From Squalus acanthias (taxonomy: Eukaryota): DNA of 64,000 nucleotides. The DNA is taken from assembly GCA_030390025.1 (NCBI GenBank), contig CM059432.1, positions 78,866,001 to 78,930,000 on the forward strand. The letters run 5' to 3'. How positions within the stretch are numbered: the stretch's first letter is position 1; the number at the start of each line of letters is the position of its first letter. A program made the position numbers and the translations under genes. Shown piece after piece: positions 13,201 through 25,896 of this stretch. The notes under the pieces are model-generated. The model ran no database searches. It saw only the letters and a list, made by a program, of their open reading frames with translations, and was not told the DNA's origin.

Positions 13201-14100
13201 TGGTCCCCTGGCTTGATGATAATGGTAGAGTGAGGGATATGCCGGGCCATGAGGTTACAGATTGTGGTGGAATACAATTCTGCTGCTGCTGATGGCCCAC
13301 AGCACCTCATGGATGCCCAGTTTTGAGCTGCTAAATCTGTTCTGAACCTATCCCATTTAGCACGGTGGTAGTGCCACACAACACAATGGAGGGTGTCCTC
13401 AGTGTGAAGACGGGACTTCGTCTCCACAATGACTGTGCGGTGGTCACTGCTACCAATGCTGTCATGGACAGATGCATCTGCGACAGGTAGATTGGTGAGG
13501 ACGAGGTCAAGTAGGTTTTTCCCTTGTGTTGGTTCTCTCACCACCTGTCGCAGGCCCAGGCTGCCAGTTATGTCCTTCAGGAGTCGGCCAGCTCGGTCAG
13601 TAGTGGTGCTACTGAGCCACTCTTGGTGATGGACGTTGAAGTCCCCCACCCAGAGTACATTCTGTGCCCTTGCTACTCTCAGTGCTTCTTCCAAGTGGTT
13701 TTCAACATGGAGGAGTACTGATTCATCAGCTGAGGGAGGGCAGTAGGTGGTAATCAGCAGGAGGTTTCCTTGCCCATGCTTGACCTGAAGCCATGAGCCA
13801 TGGGGTCCGGAGTCAATGTTGAGGACTCCCAGGGCCACTCCTTCCCGACTGTATACCACTGTGCCACCACCCCTGGTGGGTCTGTCCTGTCGGTGGAACA
13901 GGACATACCCAGGGATGGTGATGGAGGAGTTTGATATCATCTGAAAATGTTGATATTGAGTTACTTGTTCCTAAGCCCAAATCATTAATGTAAATTATGA
14001 CTAACAGTGGTCCCAGCACTGATCATTGTGGAACACGGCTTTCTACCTTCCACCAATCTTAATAACTACCCTTTACCTCTACTCTCTGCTATCCATTCAG
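10300..14100 (-). mobile_element. CR1 LINE fragment split by a nested LINE
   Basis: 13930-14020 encodes LGPLLVIIYINDL..FSDDIKL. The frame resumes at about 11200 with GFIANTEEECNIIQDD..WQMNFNIDKCEVLHFG. Confidence 0.8.
11231..13927 (-). mobile_element. CR1-clade LINE (second family), about 2.7 kb of ORF2 with APE endonuclease and RT, frameshifted
   Basis: APE: PGYVLFHRQDR..RGGG, VGDFNVHH, LLDLVLTN, SSDH. RT: GPDNIP, QFGF, LDIKAAFDRVWH, QQDLDDIQAWADKWQV. Poly-T at the left end; short TSD agttt. Confidence 0.88.
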
Positions 14101-15091
14101 CTTTTTGTACCCTGCCCTAACCTTTGTCATGAGCCTACCATGTGGTACCTTTTCAAGAGCTATCTCAGCTCAAGCTTCCAAACTGTCCATCACAACCTTT
14201 CGTGTTTCTCTATTTTATCAACACTACCACCCTCTCTTGTTCTTTATCAGCTCCAAATACAATGCCCTGCATGCTATTTATCCCCGCTGTGTTGAAATCC
14301 AAACTTCTACTCTAGTCTTCTACTCTAACTCACTCTTTGCCACAACTTCAAAACAGTAGAACTCATTACCTCCCATGGTCTTCCTTTCCTCTTGCAATAT
14401 TTTTGCTTTTATAACTAAAGCTTGATATCAACTAATGTACTTAAGTTTTTTTTAAACATTTTTTTCAACCTTGCTGTCCCCATACAATGGGCCTTGACCC
14501 CTTTACCGCAGTTTCTCAGTGGCACAATTAAAATCCTAAGTATAGTACAGTTCAATGCAATCCATTTAATCTCCAGATGCCACTGTTAATTTACCAGGCC
14601 AGAAGGAACTGGGTAATGCAATGCATTAGACACTGGCCTTTCACCTCAGGGATCCAAACTGATTGGATTTAAAATATGCACAAAACTGACACTAATTGGC
14701 ACTAAATTAGCAATCTCACAGAAGTCACAGGATAACTGGTGTGAGAAATGGAAAAATGCCTCACTAGTACACTTTAAGGTGCTGATCTGGGGCTGAGGCA
14801 GCGTAGTGGGATCTTTACTCTGCACCTAACTGTACTGTATTTGACCTTGGACTGCTCAATATTGACATTGGGTGCACAAAATGGAAATCTCTTAATTTGG
14901 TGCACACAAAAGTTACACACAAATGTTAATTAAAAATTCCTAAGAGCTGGAATGGAATGACTGTGACCCCGAGCACTCTGTCTTCCTATTTGATGGATAA
15001 TAGGGTATATTTTCCTTTGGTTGTTAATGTAAATGAAGAAGTGCACAACAAGCAGAGGAAAATATACACATGTGTGTGATAAGAAAACTAG

Positions 15092-15792
15092 GGGGGAGAA
15101 ATTCGGTTTTGCCCCTTTTGGGGCGCTAACGTCGCCAGCGCCCTGAAGAAATTAGCGTCCCTCTGCCTGAAATTCAGTTGTAGCGCCCCAAGCAGGAAGT
15201 GGAGCGCTACTGGAAGCGCGCCACCTCCTTCTTGGGGCGCTACAACTGAATATCGCGGCGTTACGTGCAACAGCGCCATGCGCATCAGCAGGTAGCACTG
15301 CGGTATTGCAGGCCTCCCTCCCCTGATTAAAGGGAAGGGGCCTAATGCTGCGCGCACCAGGGCCCTGCTGGACCACTGGGGAGCGGGGTGCCGAGAAAAC
15401 AGCCTGGCACTCGAGTGCCGGCTGAGCGATCGTGGCCGGCACCCCAAAGAAAAAGGGGAAGGGGGCAGGCGCTAGCAGTCGGCCAAAAAAAATGGCTGCC
15501 CGACACCTGTCCTTTAAGTAGCGCCGCCGCAGCTGCAAAAGTGCCACCCTGACCCTGTCGGACATATCGTCTGGCGATAGGTCAGGGGGCGCAACCCAAG
15601 TTTGCGGCTGGGGCGCTGCGCACAGCGATGACATCATCGCCAGCGATGCAGGGCGCTACCAGCTACCACCACCGCCGCTAACCTCCCGCTGAATTTCGCG
15701 GGAGGCGTTAGTGGCGCCGCACCCGGGCACTAGGGGATTTGCGCTTCCTGGGGGCGCTAACGAGAGGTACAAATCAACCCAATTTTATCCCC
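15092..15792. mobile_element. GC/CpG-rich MITE, probably Harbinger-related
   Basis: Termini GGGGGAGAAATT / AATTTTATCCCC, subterminal ggggcgctaacg motifs at both ends, and a sharp GC contrast with the flanks. Confidence 0.7.
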
Positions 15793-17407
15793 AAGGTGTT
15801 TTTGTATGTTTTTAACGGAGAGTTCTGGAAAGCTGAAAAGCATTGTGCAAGGCAAGATCTTTGACATTATGTCCTAATGTGTGATTGAAAGCTGTATTAT
15901 ATATTACACTGCTTCGTCTTAGTGTCTCTGTATTAGAGAAAACAGTTGAAGTGTTTTAACTGTCGCAGACAAGCTGTAAAAGAAACTCTCACAAATGGAG
16001 ATTTTGTAGTAAGTTGCTTACAGTTATAGCAGTGTGCGGCTGTGAGACACATTTGTCTTCAGTTTCATTATCATTGCATTAGTGTGGGCTTCATCGCATT
16101 TCTGTAATAAACAGAAGCTCTTGTTTCAAAAGTGATCTCATGCCCAGAATAAATTACTGTATCTTGGTCTTGTCATCTGTAAGGAAATGTCCTAACAGCA
16201 TTACAATACCAAACAATATTGCATTCTTTTACTATCATGGGGTTTTCATTGTGTAAAATATAAAGTGCCATAATTCCTGCTGTTTTTGATTGACTGGTTT
16301 TCTTTTCATTCCATTGTGATTTTAAAATGGAAAATACCAGAAATAAACTTGGTGAATTCGCTGGTTATGTTTTTATATATTGCTCAGCTGCAGGTCAACA
16401 AATAACACTAATGTCCATAAAACATATTTGTAATCAGATTTCTGAAAGGTGCAATATTCAAGGAATAATAGCTGGAGTAGAACTGGTGAAGATGTAATTG
16501 TATCACCGTATCACAGAAAACACATTGATGACTTTAAAATGGATTTGGGTTTCTATCTATACATGGTTCACTATCTCTAGCATTATTATTTAGATTGTTG
16601 TGTCTGTGTGAATGTAATATTGTAGAGCTCCTTCAACCAATCAGTTTACAGAACTAGAGAGCAGGCCTAGAGACTGCTGCCTCAATCAACCAATCAGATC
16701 CCAGAACTACGAACAAATCAAATCCCAGAATCATCTCTTCTGTATCTTTTATGATTTTCTGACCAATTTGTTCAGTCGCAAAAATCACCAATTACATTCT
16801 ATCAAAAAACATTTCTGTGGCATGAAAATACGTGGTAGTTCTTCACTTGCCTGCTATATATTCCTAAAAATAAAATTTATAACCAAATAAACGCATTTAC
16901 AAAGTCAATAATTGAGAAAGAAAACCCACAGATTTTCCCATCCCATTGTTTCAATCGCCCCAACACCAATCCCCTATATGACCGACCCACACCCTCACCA
17001 AGCCTCATGAATACCCTTGACTTCAGGTACATCTTCCCCAATACTTCACATCCTGACCCATCAGCTGTCACCTTAGGTAATAAATGCATGTGGATCTGCA
17101 GCAAATTTGCCTCTGTCCCCTTTGTCCCTCTAACCCCAGCCCTTGGTCTGGATTTTACTGCTCATTCCCCATCCTCCTTTTCTCTCTCTCTCATCCCAAT
17201 GCAAGAACCAGACTTCCCCATTTACTCCCTTCCCTCTCTCCCATTCCAGGCAGCAGCCAGGTTTCAAAGTTGAAAGCAAAGAAAAATGGCAGCTCCCATG
17301 TGTGAGATGTTCCCGTGTGGATGCTGGGATTTCTGGCTCTCAGATTGGGATCCCATTTACTAATACTCTGAAAGATAGGGGGCGAGAAAGGTTTGATAAA
17401 GATTATA

Positions 17408-18840
17408 GGTCTAAAAATTCGATTAGGCCGGAAAACAGCTGGTGACACCGCGGGCCAAGGTAAATGGCCGCCCGCAAAAAGAGCGCAGGCAGCACCGGTA
17501 TTTTGGTGTTGCCTGCTGATTTACATAAGCGGAGAATCTCTTGTGCAACACGCTCTTTCCGACGGTAACCTCAGCAGGAGGCTGAAGGTCGTGTCTGAAG
17601 GGTCGGTGCGGCGCTCTCGGGCAATGTGCGGTTTCGGATTATTTGGTGACGGCTCCTGGGTTTTGCTGGGTCAGGAGGTATCGAGTCCGTTGATGGCCCT
17701 TGTAGGATTGGAGCATTGTGCGTTGTGGCACATTAAGAGGCATTTGTTTGTCCACTGCTCCCCTCTTACTTTCACGGACATTTGTCTGGGTCTTGTGTGG
17801 GGTCCACAAATGGGTACCAGACTGCCTGGTACTCCCACCTTCACTGGCTGCCATAGGTCCACAGATCTTTGACCCAGATGGTTGCTGTGTGAAGGTTTGT
17901 GCTCCACCATGGTGCTGGAGGGGGAGGGGGATGGGGATGCACCGTCTTGCAACTAGCAGTGACAGTGCACTAGCCTGCATATCACATAGGGGATTCACTC
18001 CCTAGTGAGTGGCTCTTAAAGCGCAGGCTCAGATTTGGAGGGACTGTGACTGGAAACACCACATAAAGACTGTGGCATAGATGTCCTTAAACCATTGCAT
18101 GATACATCAATGGAAATATATTTTTAAAAATGGGGAACATGAACCTCTTGGTGAGGAGTTTACTGGTGTAAATCGTGCAGAAGAGTTCAATTAAATTTTT
18201 AACAACAGCAGACTTTTGAAGAACTCTCGGTGAGAATATGGTGTTAAGCCTTTTAAAAACAGACTTCCAAATTTTACATCTTTATTTTATCAGTTCCTAA
18301 ACTAGAAAACCCAATGTATAAAATTTAAGGAAATGCAGCTTTGATGTTTTCCTGAGATGCTTACAACTGTAGTACAGTATAGATTTTAAAAGTATTTACC
18401 TCCTGTAATGTTTGACTGAGCCGGGGAGGGAGATTTGATGCATCTTATTGGAAGCAGTTTTTACTCTAATTACATAGTCTGAACACTCCATAGTTACCAG
18501 TTATTTCAGCAGCTGTTTACTGTACGGGTTACAGCTCACCACTGCTTTCTACCGCCTCTCCACGCTGTCAACGGCTACATGCACAGGCATGCTTTGGAGA
18601 GGGCAGTAAGAGGAGTGGCAAGCTCCAAAATGGATGAGCGTGCATCAATTCGGCGTTGCACGCGGATTGACGTCATGCTCCTGCTAATTAAAATACTTGC
18701 TGCGAGCACAGGCAATGGCAGTGCTGCCAACCTGCCGAAAATGGCGACTGCCACAGGACCCGCCGGATGTGAGGCAATCGCCATTTTTTTCAGCAAAACT
18801 GGCCTTAACAGCCAGCGCTAAATCCTCCAATTTCTAGGCC
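17408..18840. mobile_element. Non-autonomous DNA transposon, probably Harbinger-related
   Basis: Left end GGTCTAAAAATTCGA versus right-end revcomp GGCCTAGAAATTGGA; GC-rich subterminal regions. Confidence 0.6.
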
Positions 18841-20717
18841 AAAGTCTCAGCCCAGCTGGACCTCACCTTTAATAAGAAGCAGCCACACAGGCTGAGAGCT
18901 AAGCAATGCACCAATCACTGCAGGCATCTCCTCCAATGCATCGATTCTTTATTTTGATGAGAGCAAACATTACCCCAGTTTATTTTTAAATATCCATAGT
19001 CCTTCATGGGACTTTGGGTCCCTATAAGAACGAATATACTGGGAACTGTATGTGCCTGAGTACATGTGCCCATAAATACTTAACCAATTGAGTAACCTAA
19101 TACTTAATTACTTTTTAATAGAATTTAATAAGTAACTTCAGCTCATCATACGCTGAGTTCCTTTCATAAATAAGGCTAAGGAAAAATTGTACATGTTTCT
19201 TGAGTAAAAACTGGCATAAATATCAAACTGACACCTCAACAAACACTTCAGGTTCTAAACAAATCTCCAAAGTGACCGAGTCTTGTCAGATACCCCATAC
19301 CTACATCTAGTCTGTCAAGCACATTAAACTCTAATGCACTTTGAAGATTACATTTGTCAGAATGAAATTTCAAGTGAAACACGTTTCTTCCCAGTCGCAG
19401 AGCCTCTTATTTTAGTTTTATTCCACACAAGGGAGCTGTTCATATACAGCAGTGTCCTTCAAGTCTGCACTTGACTACCCATGCAAAATAACTATTCAAA
19501 TTAACAAATTTCTTGAATAAGTTGAAAAAACTGTATGCATATTACGAAGCACACACACACTCATACAGTGGTTCAATATAATCTTATAGTTATCATGATT
19601 GGTAGTGCAGTGAATGATCTGCCAATTTTCATGAACTCTCCACAGCACAGTCCTAACACTGGCTAAAATTAGGCTGAAGTCTCAAATTTTCATTTGCCCT
19701 TTGATTTTAGTTTGTGGTAGAAATCACTATCAAAAAAAGTGAGAATCTTAAGCTAATTAAGAAAATGTCTTCAACTCTTCTGTGCTTTATTTAAAGTCAT
19801 CCTGTGCTTTATTTAAAATCATCAGAGATTTTTTAACAATATATAAATGATTTGTAAATATTTTTTATTAAGACCGTAACCACAATACGTAGGTGATATT
19901 TGGTATAGCGTAAGAATGTATTTATTTTTATACGAGTGTTGATCTTGGCAAAAAAGAGCTTGCATTTTTTATAACACCTTATTACCTCTCTTAGCATATC
20001 CCAAAGAATGTCATATCCAATGCATTACCTTTGAAGTCCATCACCGTTGTTATTTCTGCAAACACAGCAGCCATTTTGCACAACACCAGATGTACCACCA
20101 GACCATCATAGCTGGCATTCAGCCAATAACATGTCTCCAGTTCTAACATTGGAATAGACTCACGTGAAATTTTTCATTATGCTTCACTTTTATCTTTGCT
20201 GGCATAAAAGCATGAGTTTAGCATTTGCAGAATTGTAGCAGATGGCACAGGTTATATTTGTATACAACAGCTGACTGCAAGTTTGATTGCATGTTTACAT
20301 ATTTTTCACATATAGAGTGGTATATTGACAGGATTCATAATAACTAACAAAGGCAATTCTTTTTGGGATGAGATGCCCTTAAATGTTATACTCTATCCCT
20401 GCTTAACAGAGGTTCAGGATGGCAGTCAGTAGCTCTGGAGAGGCATGTGACTTAATGGACAGGATTAAAGCACCTTCCACCTTAACTGGTAATGTAACTG
20501 AAATAATATGCAGAATGATCTATGGTGACCTGTGGGATACAGTTTTGCTTTCAATCCTAGACTGACCATATCTCACTTGTAACCACAGCGCTTCTGGTCA
20601 GTTCATTCACAAAAAGAAACAAGCTTACAATATGTAACTATCTCAGGTGGACATATGTATCCTATACAATAAATAAATATGTTCATACAAAATGAACTTG
20701 GACTTCACTACATGAAA

Positions 20718-21000
20718 GAAACAATTTGCATTTATATAGCACCTTTCACAAACTCAGGTTGTCCCAAAGCACTTTACAGTCAATGAAGTACTTTTGAAGT
20801 GTAGTCACTGTTTTAATGTAGGGAAACAGGGCAGCTAATTTGTGCACAGCAAGGTCCATAAACAGCAATGAGATAATGACCAGATAATCAATTTTTCTGA
20901 TATTGGCTGAGGTATAAATATTGGCCAGGACGCCAAAAGAACTCCCTATCTCTTCTTCAAATAGTGCCACCGGGCATCCCAAAGCGCTTTACAGCCAATA
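20718..21000 (-). mobile_element. Deu-domain SINE fragment
   Basis: aatattggccaggac..actcccta..ttcaaatagtgcca is the Deu core on the minus strand; tail gcatttatatagc. Confidence 0.7.
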
Positions 21001-23220
21001 AAGTTAGGGGAGTAAGCATATAACTTGGTATGTCTAGGTATCCGTGTCTCATTAATTTTAGTATCTTCAAAGACTTACATGACTTTTAGAAGTGATTGCC
21101 ACCAAAAGAGGCGAACCCTTTGGCACGTGTCACCCAGATTGGTCAATTGCATGGAATGATGTATTTCTTTGAATTTAGGCTATATAAGAGGTTGCTTGGC
21201 ACACCTCTGAGCAGATTCTTTATCTTTGTTAGATGGAGATTCTTTGTCTTCTGCTGTAGTAACCTTTACCTAGCAGATGTAGGAGGGTACCTTTACAAAT
21301 ACCAAGGATATCCATGACAGAGCACAAGAAGTTATAGAAGCCAGATTGTACAGCTATACCATCCAGTTACAGACAGAGATAAGTGTGTAAGTTCTCTGAG
21401 ATCAAGGAAGGTGAGAGTTAAGCCAGCTAGCTCAGATACAGTCATTCATAGATTCAGCTGGAACAGAGGAACGAGTGGAACAGATACTCTCGCCACTGAA
21501 GGAGCTCATCAACTCAATGTTCCAGGAGCTAAAGCCATCATCCAAGGGGAGGAAAAAAATCAACTCGACCACGCTGCTCATAAGAACATGTCGAAAAGCT
21601 CTGAAAATATTACTAACCCCCCGCATATAGACTCTTAATTTATTCAATAGACTGGCTGTTAACTTGTCAGTTATCTAAGGAGTTTACTCCTAGATTAATC
21701 TCACCAATTTGAAGTAGTCTCAGACAATGATCTCAAATATAATTTAGTAATCAGTGATCCAGTTGATACAAAATTAGTGATACACTGAACTGCCTTTACA
21801 ACCTGCTACTCATTTCATTAAGTAACTCTTGTTTATTAATTACGTTATTCAAATTTATAGGTAACACTGTATAACTATTTAAATCTATTTTGTATATTCA
21901 ATATTTAATTTTATGTAGTGATAAATGTGGTTTCTAGTCAATAGTTGATAATGCGCGACTTGTCTGATCTTTTCTTTGATGATTTGGCAAGAAAGGATTA
22001 ATTCATTAAGTCAGTAGTTTGTGCCTATCTCAATTGAGGGCTGGCAAGGTGAACCCAAATTCATTCCGAACTAGGTGATGTAAGACAGTTTGGCGAGCCA
22101 AATTGGCATCATTCACTCCTAGACCTAAGCTGGGCAGTTAAACCCAACTGTTCCTTAATGAGGAGTTAAAGTGAGGGAGTTAAGAAATCATCTGGTTCCT
22201 TGACGTATATTTGTCAGGATACCAACCCGTATTCTTACAATATGGAGTCATCATTTTATCGTCTTTTACAGTTTTCTCTCAGTTATGACATCTGACACTG
22301 ATGTCATTACGATGCAGGTAATGTCATTTGCCAAACAAGGCCAGCATTAACACATTTCATGGATGACATTGCACCTGTCTTAGATTTTTCTGAGTATCTT
22401 TTGACTAAGATAAGAATTGTTGTAGACACAGAAGTTAGGTTTCTAAAGGAGGCTAGGATCAATACAGCATTGCTGACAGATACCAAGATTTTGTGAAATA
22501 TTTATCAGTGTCTTTAATTCTTCATCTAGTGCCAAACACTATTTCCCAACCAAGAGGATGAGCAGGCAGAGAATCTACTCCTAGGCTTCTGCCAGTCTGT
22601 AGGGAGATGCAAGACTCACACAAGTTGACATAAGTTAATATATTTGTCTCTTTAGGACTTGATGTATCCTATCTCATTCTAATTTGTTACTATTTTCAGT
22701 TCCTTTGCTTGCATCTAACTGCCCCATTTATTATTCCACCACATTTTCTGAGAGAATGGAGCATGATGGAGTTCAGTCAAGTGAAAGTGGAGTTGTTTGG
22801 AGCCTGGAGTTTTAAACCTGTTAGGACTTCTAAGCTATAACCACAAACATGGGAAGAAAGCCACTTGACTAAACATTTTGCTCTTTCAATTCATCTGTCA
22901 AAGCACTGGCATCTAAAAATAAAGTGCTCAATTCGTCAGCAACCTCAGTTGCCAAACAGCTGCACAATTTTGATGAAGCAAACTGAGGTTTACTGAAATC
23001 AATTTGTTTGAATTGCCCGTCAGAGTACTGTGCAACGTGAAGTAATGGAATACATTGACATGACTTAATTGTTTTAGTGCTCATTTGAAAAATATCATAA
23101 AGCTGGTGCATTGCTACATTAACTTACAGTAACATTTTGGTACAAAAATTAAATATAACAAAACTAGGTTTTTAGTTTAAGTAATGCTGCAAATTAAGTG
23201 TTTTTGTGGTGCTGTGTGTG

Positions 23221-23810
23221 TCCCACGCCAGAGATTTGAGCACAAAAATCTACGCTGTAATGCCAATGCAGTACTGAGGGAGCACTGCACTGTCAGAGGT
23301 GCCATCTGCTCTCCCATGGCACTATTTCAAAGTTGAGAGGTCGCACAACACCAGGTTATAGTCCAACAGTTTTATTTGAAATCACAAGCTTTCGGAGTTA
23401 CTACTCCTTCGTCGGGTGAAGTAAAACGTTTTACTTCACCCGACGAAGGAGTAGTAACTCCGAAAGCTTGTGATTTCAAATAAAACTGTTGGACTATAAC
23501 CTGGTGTTGTGCGACCTCTCAATTTTGTCCACCCCAGTCCAACACCGGCATCTCCGCATCATGACCACTATTTCAAAGAGCAGGGGAGTTATCCCCGGTG
23601 TCCTGGCCAATATTTATCCCTCAATTATCACTAAAACAGATTATCTGTTCATGATCACATTGCTATTTGTGGGAGCTTACTGAGTGCAAATTGGCTGCTG
23701 CGTTTCCTACATTACAACAGTGACTACACTTCAAAAGTACTTCATTGGCTGTAAAGTGCTTTGGGATGTCCTGAGGTCATGAGAGGCATGATATAAATGC
23801 AAGTCTTTTT
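23221..23810 (+). mobile_element. Deu-domain SINE (SacSINE-like), interrupted by a palindromic insertion
   Basis: cccatggcactatttcaaagagcaggggagttatccccggtgtcctggccaatatt core; tail atataaatgcaagtcttttt. Confidence 0.75.
23333..23565. mobile_element. Penelope-like palindromic insertion (family B) with hammerhead-like motifs
   Basis: Perfect 190-bp palindrome at 23333-23522. 13-bp TSD CACTATTTCAAAG (23320-23332 and 23566-23578). Core variant CCGACGA..GAAAGCTT in both arms. Confidence 0.75.
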
Positions 23811-24357
23811 TTATAACTGCTTGAAAAGATACATTAGACATTTACTGAGTTCTGCCAACCTGCACCTATGCTCTCTGGATAGTAAGTGGAGTAGGTCGCT
23901 ACAGGGAGTGTATGCAACCCCTTTTGGGCAAAGAGAAATTCTGCCTGCGTGTCATTTAGTTTCAGAAAGTTTTAACAAGGTCATGGAGTTTCCATTCATG
24001 TTAAACTGCCCCAAAAATATGTTTCTCTGAACAGGAATTTGTGACAGTGAAGAGCAGTATGTGTTTGTTCTGAGTATCTAGCTGTTTACTGATTAGTTGT
24101 TTTTAGTGGGTGAAATTTAAGTCAATAAGGATGGAGCCCTTCAATACCTCACCAAAATTGCAGAGTGCCTAAAATTTTGGCATGTTACCCCCTCAGTTGG
24201 TAAATGTAGTGTTCTGTGGAAAAACTGACCCCTTACAGTCTAGGAAACTCACAAGTTCGATCCCTGGTTACTGCTCAATTAGTTGATCCTAATAAGGCAG
24301 CATTCCATATCTCCCTTAACCCTTCCTTTGTTCCCAATATCAATGGAGATGCGATCA

Positions 24358-24492
24358 GCCATTTTGTAAAAGATTTTTTATTTTTTATACATATATACGG
24401 AATGAAACAAGATGTGTAAACAAAATTCAAACAGATCCATCGCAGCGGCAATATGGGTTCCGGTCCCTCACATTATTCCTGCTGCTGCATGA
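24358..24492 (-). other. DAD1: Probable non-coding exon 3 (3' UTR) of DAD1; 3' end approximate
   Basis: Strong acceptor cctttttttgtcttgcag ending at 24493 on the minus strand and AATAAA at 24377-24382. It would pair with the GTGAGT donor at 27159. Confidence 0.6.
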
Positions 24493-24759
24493 CTGCAAGA
24501 CAAAAAAAGGTTTAAAGATAGACTGATGTAACCAATGATAGCCAATCTCCTGTCACAATTCTTTAACGTACCTAAAATCATACCTCAACACGGTGGTTAT
24601 ACAGCAATGGAAACACAATTCAGTGTCCCCTTCACTGGGGAAGAATTTACACACGCACACTCCCCCGCCCCTCAAAACAAACACCTGCCCTATAGAGAAC
24701 TTCATATGCAGTCCCATTCCACTAGAGACAGACTCTTCCACCAACAGAGAGGTCTCAAT

Positions 24760-25325
24760 GTATGGTAGCCTAGTGGTTATGGTACTGGATTGCCAACCCA
24801 TAGGTCATGTTTTGAATCTCAACAATGGCATGTTTTGAAAATGAATCCTTAAAACCTGGTATTTTGTGGGCTAGCACCAAAAACACAATTGGAACACTGA
24901 TGTCCTTCAGAGAAAGGGGCCTGGCCTACCTGCAACTCTGGTTCCACAGTACATCTTTCAGATGAGAAGTTAAACCAATGTCCTGTCTGCCCTCTCATAT
25001 AGACATGAGATCTCATGGCACTATTCAAAAGGAGCAGGTGAGTTCAGCCAGTGTCCTAATCAATATTTATCTTTTAACCAACAATTACTAATAAACAGAT
25101 GATCAGATCATTATCACATTGCTGTGTCCAAATTGGATGCCGTGTTCCCTATATTACAACAGTGACTACACTTCAAAAAGTAAAATTAATGGTCTATAAA
25201 GTGCTTTGGGGCATCCGGAGGTCGTAAAAGGCACATATAAATGCAAGTTCTCTTCTTTGCGTGGTTGACTCTTAATGCCCTAGCAATGGGCAATACTGCT
25301 TTGCTAGTGTAGCCCACATCCCAAA
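24760..25325 (+). mobile_element. tRNA-derived SINE remnant with a nested Deu-SINE fragment (about 24955-25255)
   Basis: A-box-like tagcctagtgg and B-box-like tttgaatc; internal catggcactattcaaaag..gtgtcctaatcaatatt core. Confidence 0.5.
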
Positions 25326-25770
25326 AAAACCCTGCACAACACACACTACTCACAAACTAACAGAAAGCCCCACCATAAAGACTCACTCCTTCACCCACCA
25401 AGTCACCCCCCCCATACAAATGTGCCTTCCTAACACAAAACTCCCCTGCCAATTATATGTCCCACCCTCATTATTACACTTTTAATTAGACCATCACTGG
25501 AGGACAGCCATGCAAGAGTCCAAACACACTGCGGCCTGGCAGCACAGTTGTGATGCAATCCCCCCAGATGCAAGTTACTCCTCTCAACCAAGTCATTAAG
25601 CAGAACTACGTAATGGGAACTTCTGCCTTAGGAAGGGGATTGGCCACTCTTGTGACACAGATCATCGGCATGTTGCCCAACAGGACTAGCAGAGGCACAG
25701 GAGAGGATAGCCCACCTGATCACCCATTCAACCACAGATGTTGCACAGCGAGACCAAGAAAAGGGAAGCC

Positions 25771-25896
25771 ATGATGTGGAGATGCCGGTGTTGGACTGGG
25801 GTGGACAAAAGTGAGAAGTCGCACAACACCAGGTTATAGTCCAACAGCTTTATTTGAAATCACAAGCTTTCGGAGCGCTGCTCCTTCGTCAGGTGA
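25771..25896 (-). mobile_element. Penelope-like short insertion (family B)
   Basis: Same sequence as the arm at 23436-23563; TSD AAAGGGAAGCC at 25760-25770 and 25897-25907. Confidence 0.75.
25860..25896 (-). ncRNA. Minimal type-I hammerhead ribozyme motif, core intact
   Basis: Minus strand reads TCAC CTGACGA A GGAGC AGC GCTCC GAAA GC TT GTGA: stem I TCAC/GTGA, CUGANGA core, 5-bp stem II, GAAA, palindromic stem III, CUU triplet. Confidence 0.7.

Noticed and set aside
24765..24830. tRNA gene
   Set aside because: Only degenerate A/B boxes with no full cloverleaf; better explained as a SINE head.
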